A stretch of DNA of 54,092 nt from Lentisphaerota bacterium (lineage in GTDB: Bacteria; Verrucomicrobiota; Kiritimatiellia; CAIQIC01; Lenti-01). The notes beneath the pieces were generated by a model, which was not told the DNA's origin, did no database searches, and saw only the letters and a list, made by a program, of their open reading frames with translations. Both the position numbers and the translations under genes were made by a program. Of the stretch, positions 1 to 8,057 are shown one piece after another (the stretch's first letter is position 1; every line of letters starts with the position of its first letter). Where the stretch lies: positions 1-54,092 of the forward strand of contig JAAZFE010000045.1 of NCBI GenBank assembly GCA_012511885.1, read 5' to 3'.

Positions 1-10
1 CGTTCTTCTT

Positions 11-85
11 GGGTTATGCGATGGTATTTCATTGTTTCCTTCCTTGTGATAGGCGAAGGAATCAAACTAGCGCATAACCCTTTTT
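11..85 (+). terminator. Long-loop hairpin followed by T5; possible terminator of a gene upstream of the window
   Basis: GGGTTATGCG (11-20) pairs with CGCATAACCC (71-80). Inner arms TTCCTTC (36-42) and GAAGGAA (55-61). TTTTT at 81-85. Confidence 0.3.
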
Positions 86-127
86 AGAGAAACCTCCTGT
101 TGCAATAGCCTCTGGAACGCGCGCACC

Positions 128-205
128 AAAAACCTCGAAAATCACCGATTTTTGAGCAAAATCACGTCCAAAACGCGTAAAATCAGCCCAAAACGACGAT
201 TTTTT
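128..205. promoter_or_regulatory. Phased A/T-tract block (predicted intrinsically curved DNA) upstream of eno
   Basis: A4-5 or T5-6 runs start at 128,138,149,158,170,179,190,200. Spacing is 9-12 bp (mean about 10.3), in otherwise GC-rich DNA. Confidence 0.45.
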
Positions 206-325
206 CAGGAATTCCCGCCAAAACGCCCCGGCGCCGCCCCGCGCACCAGTCAGGCGCCGACGCCGCTCCGCGCCGCGTTGATCCGTGAAAATGGGTTGTA
301 CTTTGCCCCCGGCCATGTACGATAG

Positions 326-1651
<1,326 letters not shown>

Positions 1652-1681
1652 TGATAACCGCCCGGCCAACGGCCGGCGCCG

Positions 1682-1719
1682 ACACCCGCCGCGGACTCGT
1701 CCCCGGCGGGTGTTTTTTT
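1682..1719 (+). terminator. Rho-independent terminator after eno
   Basis: ACACCCGCCG (1682-1691) pairs with CGGCGGGTGT (1704-1713), followed directly by a T-run to 1719. Confidence 0.8.
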
Positions 1720-1777
1720 GTCCCGCCCCGCCAACAATATACTTCCCCCCGGGGTGGTTTCCGGCTACCCTCGATGC

Positions 1778-2536
1778 ATGAAAAAGCGTGCTCAAGAAAA
1801 CCCCGGGGCTTACAACGTCTCGCTGTCGCGCATCAAGGACCTCCCGGGCCACCGCCGCCCGCGCGAGATGGCCCTCGAGGTCGGCGTCGAAAACGTCCCC
1901 GATGAAGTCCTCCTGGCCATCCTGCTGCGCACCGGAACCTCCGGACGCAGCGTCATTGATGTCGCCCGCGCCCTGCTCGACCGCTTCAAAGGCTCCCTCA
2001 GCGAACTCGCCCAAGCCAGCCAGACCGAGCTGGCCGAACTCGAAATCCCCGGCTTCGGCCCCGTTAAGCAAATCGAGCTGCGCGCCGCCCTCGAACTCGG
2101 CCGCCGCGCGATGCGCGAACCGTCCGCCCGCCTGCCCCTCATGCGGGAGCCGGTCCACGTGCGCGATCTCCTCGAAACCAAAACCGTCCGCCTCAACCAG
2201 GAATGCGTCTGGATGCTCCCGCTCGACCAGAAATACCGGCTCCTGCGCGCGCCGGTCGAAATCACCAAGGGCATCCTCAACGCCAGCCTCTCCCACCCGC
2301 GCGAAATCTACCGCGAGGCCATCCGCCTCTCCGCCGCCGCCGTCATCATCGTCCACAACCACCCCTCCGGCGACCCCACCCCCTCCGCCGAAGACATCGC
2401 CACCACCCGCCAACTGGTCGAAACCGGGCGCATCATCGGCATCCAGCTCCTCGACCACGTCATCATCGGCGGCGGCCGCCCCTCCCCCGCCCCCTATGTC
2501 AGCCTGCGCGAATCAGGCCTGGTCGCTTTCGAGTAG
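1778..2536 (+). CDS. radC: RadC-family JAB/MPN domain protein
   Basis: IKDLPGHRRPRE...LLAILLRTG N-terminal HhH region and JAMM motif HNHPSGDPTPSAED. The ATG at 1778 (MKKRAQ) is chosen over the upstream 1718 start. Confidence 0.9.
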   Translation: MKKRAQENPGAYNVSLSRIKDLPGHRRPREMALEVGVENVPDEVLLAILLRTGTSGRSVIDVARALLDRFKGSLSELAQASQTELAELEIPGFGPVKQIELRAALELGRRAMREPSARLPLMREPVHVRDLLETKTVRLNQECVWMLPLDQKYRLLRAPVEITKGILNASLSHPREIYREAIRLSAAAVIIVHNHPSGDPTPSAEDIATTRQLVETGRIIGIQLLDHVIIGGGRPSPAPYVSLRESGLVAFE

Positions 2537-2603
2537 CGGCATTGACAAACCCCGCGGCGTACTTTTCTATACCCTTGGAATGGCCCTCGTTGGCCGAATC
2601 GTT

Positions 2604-3113
2604 ATGAAACGTCATCCGCATCAACATAGAACCGCCAAGCTCTGGTTGAGACTGCTCGCGGCCGGCCTCTGCTGGCTGGCAACCGCCGGCGGCGCCCCGG
2701 CCCAGCAGCTCAGCGTCGTGGCCGACGCCATCTTTCAGCCGGCGCTGGCCGAGCTGGTGCCCGCCTTCAGCGAACGCACCGGCGCCGATATCCGCCTCTC
2801 CCTCGGACCCTCCACCATCCTGCTCGATGCCATCTTCAGCGGCACCGAGGCCGACGTGTTCATCCCCGAGGGCGAGCGCCACATGCGCCAGGCCCTCGAA
2901 AAAAATCTGGTGGATGCCACCCTGCGGCGCGTCATCGTCGCCCTGCCCAATCCCGAACCGGCCGCCGAAGGCGAAAACATCGAGCCGCGCTATGCCTCCG
3001 CCGTGGTCATGGCCAACTCCACCCAGCGCGTCCAGGCCATGGCCTTCCTCGAGTTCCTGACCTCCGAGACCGCCCGCGCCACCTTCGCGCGCCACGGTTT
3101 TCTGCTGCCCTGA
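2604..3113 (+). CDS. Short periplasmic ModA-like (molybdate/anion substrate-binding) protein, apparently truncated relative to canonical ModA
   Basis: This is the last ~170 codons of ORF 1788..3113. It has a signal-like N-terminus MKRHPHQHRTAKLWLRLLAAGLCWLATAGG, then ModA-like LSVVADAIFQPALAEL..F...TG and a C-terminal AMAFLEFLTSETARATFARHGF. An alternative start lies at 2580. Confidence 0.55.
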   Translation: MKRHPHQHRTAKLWLRLLAAGLCWLATAGGAPAQQLSVVADAIFQPALAELVPAFSERTGADIRLSLGPSTILLDAIFSGTEADVFIPEGERHMRQALEKNLVDATLRRVIVALPNPEPAAEGENIEPRYASAVVMANSTQRVQAMAFLEFLTSETARATFARHGFLLP

Positions 3114-3126
3114 CCCGGGCAACCCA

Positions 3127-4617
3127 TCACCGGTTCCAGATCCCCCGCGCTTCCTCGAACCGCCCCTGCTGTTCGAGGCAGACCGCCAGATTGTGCCGGG
3201 CCTTGGCGTTTTCCGGCGCGATCTCCACGGCCTCGCGCAAAAGCCGCTCGCTGGCCTCCCACGCCCCCGCCTTCCCCTCGAGAATGCCCCAGTTGATCCG
3301 GCCGCTCACCTGATGCGGATTCGCCTCGACCGCCCGCGCGTACCACTGCCGGGCGGCGGCCGCATCGCCGGCCTCCTCGCTCGCCAGCCCCAGCCAAACC
3401 GCCGCCGTGGCGCTCTGCGGATTGCGCTGCCAGGCCTTGGTCCATAGCCGCTCGCCGCCGGACCACTCGGCTTTTCCCGCCAGCACCAGCGCCGCGCAAA
3501 CCGCCGCCAGCCCCGCCAGCGCCCACCGCCGCCCCGGACGCGGCAAACGCGACACCCCCCACGCCACTGCCAGCGCCAGCCCCGGCGCCTGCGGATAAAG
3601 ATAGCGGTCGGCCACCGGATGCAGCAGCGGCAGCACGTTCGCCACCGGCAAAAAGAGAATCACCACCCACGCCAAACCCAGCGCCAGCCATGGCCGTGCG
3701 CGGCGTCCCCCCCACGCCGCCCCCACCCATCCCATTCCAAAAAGCAGGCCCGCCCAAAAACGCCACGATCCCGCCGACACCACCGGTGCGAACCGCGGCG
3801 TGACATTCAGCGGCCAGGGCCAAAGCAAACGACCCGCGCTCCGCGCCCCGAGCGTCGGCGCCGACCAAATCGTCTCCGGAAAACGCAGCGACTCCCCGTT
3901 CCACGCCCCCCCCACCGCTTGCAGCTCCGTCGGCAAAACCAGCCAAAGCGCGAAAAAACCGGCCGCCAAAACCCCGCATGCCGCCACCAGCGCGAACCGG
4001 CGGCCGCTCTCCCGGGGAAACGCCTCCGGCCAAAGCCCCATCAACACCGCCAGCAGCAGCGGCAGCACCAGCGCGGTCTCCTTGGCCAGCAACGCCAGCG
4101 CGCCCAATGCCAGCCCCCCCGCCAGCCCCAACACGAAACGCTCCCGCGCCCGGGCAAAGGCATGCAATCCGGCCAGCATCAGCAGCAGGCAGAGCACATC
4201 CGCCCGAAACCCCGGCGCGTGCACCGCCTCGACCCCCGCCGGGTGCAGCGCGAACAGCAGCCCCGCCGCCAGCGCCAGCCAGTCGTCCGCCCCCAGGCGT
4301 CGCAACAGCCCCACCCACAATCCCGCGCAGCCCAAATGCAACAGCAGACTCGTCACCCGCCAGCCCGCCGGCCGCAATCCGTACAGCGCGCGATCCGCAA
4401 AATACGTCGCCAGCACCGCCGGCCGCCGACCGTTCACCACCGACGGATCGTTCAGCGTCCGCCCCGTCACCACCTGCGTCCAGTTGGCGGAATCGGCCAG
4501 GTAATCGTTCTCGGCAATCATGCCGATGTCGTCATACAGAAACGGAAACTGCAGCCCCATCAGCCAGGGCGCGGCGACCACAGCCGCGAAGGCCAAACCC
4601 CTGCCCAACCGTTTCAT
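3127..4617 (-). CDS. Polytopic membrane protein with C-terminal TPR repeats; TMTC/PMT-like (GT-C type) putative glycosyltransferase
   Basis: 496-aa ORF with many hydrophobic segments. Acidic FLYDD motif sits just after the first TM. The C-terminal ~120 aa are TPR-like (WLGLASEEAGDAAAARQWYARAVEANP...). Confidence 0.8.
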   Translation of the reverse strand: MKRLGRGLAFAAVVAAPWLMGLQFPFLYDDIGMIAENDYLADSANWTQVVTGRTLNDPSVVNGRRPAVLATYFADRALYGLRPAGWRVTSLLLHLGCAGLWVGLLRRLGADDWLALAAGLLFALHPAGVEAVHAPGFRADVLCLLLMLAGLHAFARARERFVLGLAGGLALGALALLAKETALVLPLLLAVLMGLWPEAFPRESGRRFALVAACGVLAAGFFALWLVLPTELQAVGGAWNGESLRFPETIWSAPTLGARSAGRLLWPWPLNVTPRFAPVVSAGSWRFWAGLLFGMGWVGAAWGGRRARPWLALGLAWVVILFLPVANVLPLLHPVADRYLYPQAPGLALAVAWGVSRLPRPGRRWALAGLAAVCAALVLAGKAEWSGGERLWTKAWQRNPQSATAAVWLGLASEEAGDAAAARQWYARAVEANPHQVSGRINWGILEGKAGAWEASERLLREAVEIAPENAKARHNLAVCLEQQGRFEEARGIWNR

Positions 4618-4629
4618 CCGCCCCCTCTA

Positions 4630-4847
4630 ACCTGGATTATGCACGCGACAAGTCCGGCCCGGATGCGAGGCGTGCGGGGTGAAGCTGTATGGACAACCTG
4701 CGAACCCCGCAGAACAAAGCAGACGGGTTGGAATCGTCGCGCCTTGGGTCAACATGGATAAAAACCGAATTTTCATGATTATTTCCGCATCATGCTGCCC
4801 TGCAGCAAATAAAAATACTTTCATCCATGTTGATGAATAATCCAGGC
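4630..4847 (+). mobile_element. MITE-like element, copy 1 (218 bp, TA-flanked, 11-bp terminal inverted repeats)
   Basis: TA(4628-4629)-ACCTGGATTAT...ATAATCCAGGC-TA(4848-4849). Alignable along its length to copies at 23027, 23892 and 53825. Confidence 0.85.
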
Positions 4848-6958
4848 TAATCCTCCGCGCCGGAGTCCGCCGGCCAGCCCTCCGGCGGAGTCCAGATCCA
4901 CAACTGGAACACCTTTTCGTTGTCCTGAACCGCGAAACGGTTGCCGCGCCTGCTGTGGATCACCGTGGGATAGGCATAACGAATGGGCTCCATGAGCGGC
5001 ACCGCGCCGGGCATGGCAAAAGGATAAATCCCGCGGCCGTGCTCCGTGCTGGTCAGCCACAGCGCCCGGCGGCTGTTCCGCTCTTGCGCGCGGCGCACCA
5101 CCCGGAGAATGTCGCGCTGCGTCCCCGCGTTCCGGCTCTTCCAGAGCAGCTCCCCGTTCAGCACATCGTGCCCCTCCGCCAGCATCAGCGGCGTCCCCCA
5201 CAGCGCGGCATCCGCCACCACGAGATCGCCCGGCTCAAGCCGCGAGGCCACCGCGGCCAGCGTGGCCGTCAACCCGCGGTAATCCCCCACCCGCGCGGCC
5301 GCCCGGCTCAAACCGAACGACTGCCCCGCCGCCGGCGCCAACACCAGCAGAACCAGCCACCACCGCCCGCCCCCCCGCGCCCGGACAAGCTGCACGAGCC
5401 CCAGCACGGCGGCCGCCTGACCCAGCGCCAGCAGCGGCACCCAGAACACCACAATCCGCCGCAGCGCCCAGGGATAAACCGCCGCGATGCGCGGGTTCCA
5501 GAACAGGCTCAGGCAAACCATCCCCAATCCCAGCACCGCAATCCTGGCAGGCTTCATGGACGGGTCGGGCTTCCAGAAAAGCCAGGCCAGCCCCAGCCCC
5601 GCCCAGACCACCGTCAGTGGCCCCTGAAACGGAATGACCCGGCACAAATAGCTCAGCGACCGCCCCACCAGCGGGCACGCGGACACCGCCCGGAACAGGG
5701 CGGGCCGAAAAGCCGTCACCACGCTGGCCAGCCCCATCAACGCCAGAAGCAAACTCACCGCCGCGGCCGCCAGCAAAATCCACCGCACGCTCCGCGCGCG
5801 CCACTCCGCCGGCAGCGGCTGCCGGATAAAGGCCCAGCTCAGCGCCGCGCCGCCCACCACAATCATCATGATGACCCGCAGGGCCTGATCCTTGTCCTCC
5901 AGCCGCGTCACCGTGACCCCCGCGAAACTCAAATTCCAGGCGATAGCCAGCCCGATCGCCGCAAAGCACCAGCCGATTCTCTCCCGGCGGCCCGGCGCTC
6001 CCGCCCCCCCCTCCACGAAGGCCGCCACCACCAGGATGATGGTGGCCAGCGCCGCGACATTCAGGTGATTGATCGTGGCCGCGAACAGCGCCGCCATCGC
6101 GCCCAGCGGCATCCGGGCCCCGCGCCCGGCGGCCTGCGCGTAGAGCAGCGCGCCGCCCAGCAAAAGAAGCTGATAGAGCATTTCCGAGGTGGGCAGGCTT
6201 TGGTGATACCACCACAGCGGCGCCAGCAGCCAGCAGGCCAGCACCAGCCAGCGCCGCCACCCGCCCATCGCGATGCCATCGCCCAGCGCCAGCAGCGGGA
6301 TCAGCCCCCACAAGGCCAGAATGGCCGGCAGGCGCACCAGCAAACCCACCCCCCCCATGCGCAGAAACCACGCGCCGCAAAGCGACGTCAGATGGAAAAA
6401 GTACACCGGCAGCGATCCGTCCTCCGTCCGCACGGGCACGCCGGGCAGAATCTCCCGATAACGATCCTCCGCCGTCGAAAGCAGCACGCGCTCTTCCTCG
6501 GTCATGTCCGCATAGATCGAATCCACGCGCGCCTGCAGCCCGCCCTGCCGCGCCACGGCCACCGCGTTGTTCTGATAAATCCCCGGGTCCCACCCCCCCG
6601 CCAGCCACTCGGAGCGCGGCGGACTGCACAGCGGAATCGCCGTCAGCGCCCACACCAAAACCAGCGCCTGAGCCGCGCGCCCCGCAAGCGGCCGCCAGTC
6701 GGCTTCTCGTTTGAACGCCCACAACACCCCCCCCAGCACCACCAGGGCCCAGAGCGCCCAGTCCGCCGCCGGCGACCACGCCTCCAGCGACGCCAGCGCC
6801 ACCACCGCCAGGAGATTCAGCAGCACGCCCAGCGCCAGAACCCGCCCCATCCGCGCCAGCCACCCCCCGCCCCCCCCCGCCCAGACGCCGCCGGCCAGCG
6901 CCACCCGCGCCGTCAGCAAAAAACTGCCCGCGATCAGCTCCATGAGGGGATCCGCCAT
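4847..6958 (-). CDS. Large polytopic integral membrane protein (703 aa), possible GT-C-type glycosyltransferase
   Basis: Long ORF with more than 12 hydrophobic segments and a soluble C-terminal ~150 aa. It lies directly downstream of a Dpm1/GtrB-like GT2. No specific family recognised. Confidence 0.75.
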   Translation of the reverse strand: MADPLMELIAGSFLLTARVALAGGVWAGGGGGWLARMGRVLALGVLLNLLAVVALASLEAWSPAADWALWALVVLGGVLWAFKREADWRPLAGRAAQALVLVWALTAIPLCSPPRSEWLAGGWDPGIYQNNAVAVARQGGLQARVDSIYADMTEEERVLLSTAEDRYREILPGVPVRTEDGSLPVYFFHLTSLCGAWFLRMGGVGLLVRLPAILALWGLIPLLALGDGIAMGGWRRWLVLACWLLAPLWWYHQSLPTSEMLYQLLLLGGALLYAQAAGRGARMPLGAMAALFAATINHLNVAALATIILVVAAFVEGGAGAPGRRERIGWCFAAIGLAIAWNLSFAGVTVTRLEDKDQALRVIMMIVVGGAALSWAFIRQPLPAEWRARSVRWILLAAAAVSLLLALMGLASVVTAFRPALFRAVSACPLVGRSLSYLCRVIPFQGPLTVVWAGLGLAWLFWKPDPSMKPARIAVLGLGMVCLSLFWNPRIAAVYPWALRRIVVFWVPLLALGQAAAVLGLVQLVRARGGGRWWLVLLVLAPAAGQSFGLSRAAARVGDYRGLTATLAAVASRLEPGDLVVADAALWGTPLMLAEGHDVLNGELLWKSRNAGTQRDILRVVRRAQERNSRRALWLTSTEHGRGIYPFAMPGAVPLMEPIRYAYPTVIHSRRGNRFAVQDNEKVFQLWIWTPPEGWPADSGAED

Positions 6959-6967
6959 CCTCCCCGG

Positions 6968-7981
6968 TTACTGCGGGGAATCGCCCGGAGTATCGGCCGA
7001 CTGCTCTTTCGCGCGGGCCTGCTGATGACTCTCCAGTTCCAGGCAGCGCACCCGGTACAGGGTCTCATCGGCCGAGGCCCGGATGCGGTCCAGCATCTCC
7101 GCCATGATCCCCGCCAGAAACATCGCCATCCCCGCCCCCAAAAAGGCCGCCCCCGCGAACCCGGACCACTTGTGCGGCGAAAAACCGCCGGTGCGGATTT
7201 TGACGGACATCAGGAACAGCATGAACCCCAGCCCCACCACCCCCAGCGCCGCCGCGATCTTCGAGAAAAACTTCAGCGGCCGGTAGTCCCGATAGGTTTT
7301 GAGAATGATCGCCGCCGTGCGCCAGCCGTAATGGAAAAGATTGCTGGCCACCCGGCTCTTGCCGTGCTCGCGCACTCCGCGCACCACCACCGGAACCTCC
7401 TCGATGGACATCTCGGCAAAGGCCAGCGTCAGGAACACCTCATGCGTATAAGTGAAATCGCCCAGCAGGTTCAGCCGCAAATAGGCGTTCTTGGAATAGG
7501 CCCGGAAGCCGCAGGAGACATCCTTGAAATTCAGGTGGGTGATCGAGCTGACCCATCGCGCCATGAAATCGTTGCCCCAGCGCTTGGCCCACGGCATCTC
7601 CGGCACCAGTTCCGGATTCAAAAAACGCGACGCCGTGACAAATTCCGCCCGCCCCTCGAGAATCGGCGCGACCAGCTTGGGAATGTCATCCGGATTGAAC
7701 TGCCCGTCGGCATCCATGGTCACGACAATGTCCGCGCCCAGCTCCGTCGCCTTGGCCAGCCCGGTGCGGAAGGCCGCCCCCACCCCCCGGTTTTTCACAT
7801 GCGAGACCACAATGGCCCCCGCCTCCCGCGCCAGCTCCGCCGTGCGGTCCGACGAACCGTCATCCACCACCACCACCCGGATGGACGCCACCCCCGGCAG
7901 CTCCCCCGGCAGCGCCGCGAGCACGCGGCCAATGGATTTCTCCTCGTTAAGCGCCGGAATTTGAATGATCAGCTGTTTCAT
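6968..7981 (-). CDS. Family 2 glycosyltransferase, polyprenyl-phosphate sugar synthase-like (Dpm1/GtrB-type, C-terminal TM segments)
   Basis: MKQLIIQIPALNEEKSIG...VVVDDGSSDRT...TMDADGQ motifs, with two C-terminal hydrophobic helices. ATG at 7981. Confidence 0.9.
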   Translation of the reverse strand: MKQLIIQIPALNEEKSIGRVLAALPGELPGVASIRVVVVDDGSSDRTAELAREAGAIVVSHVKNRGVGAAFRTGLAKATELGADIVVTMDADGQFNPDDIPKLVAPILEGRAEFVTASRFLNPELVPEMPWAKRWGNDFMARWVSSITHLNFKDVSCGFRAYSKNAYLRLNLLGDFTYTHEVFLTLAFAEMSIEEVPVVVRGVREHGKSRVASNLFHYGWRTAAIILKTYRDYRPLKFFSKIAAALGVVGLGFMLFLMSVKIRTGGFSPHKWSGFAGAAFLGAGMAMFLAGIMAEMLDRIRASADETLYRVRCLELESHQQARAKEQSADTPGDSPQ

Positions 7982-8057
7982 GGCCTCGTCCCGTTCGCGT
8001 TGTCTGCTTCCATGCAACCTTGTAATACAAACAATTGCCTCAAGCAATCCCCGTGTT

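Noticed and set aside
1788-2603. N-terminal 270 codons of the 441-aa ORF 1788..3113
   Set aside because: This part overlaps radC out of frame and is Ala/Pro/Ser-rich low complexity. Only the last ~170 codons, from a signal-peptide-like Met, look like a real protein.
4627-4824. Small minus-strand ORFs inside the repeat element (4627..4824, 23034..23324 and the start of 23899..25053) giving related peptides MK.LLFAAGQHDAE...
   Set aside because: ORF boundaries differ between copies and run into unrelated flanking DNA. Substitutions between copies follow base-pairing (compensatory) rather than codon-position patterns. The units are only 219 bp and have TIRs. Coding is not fully excluded.
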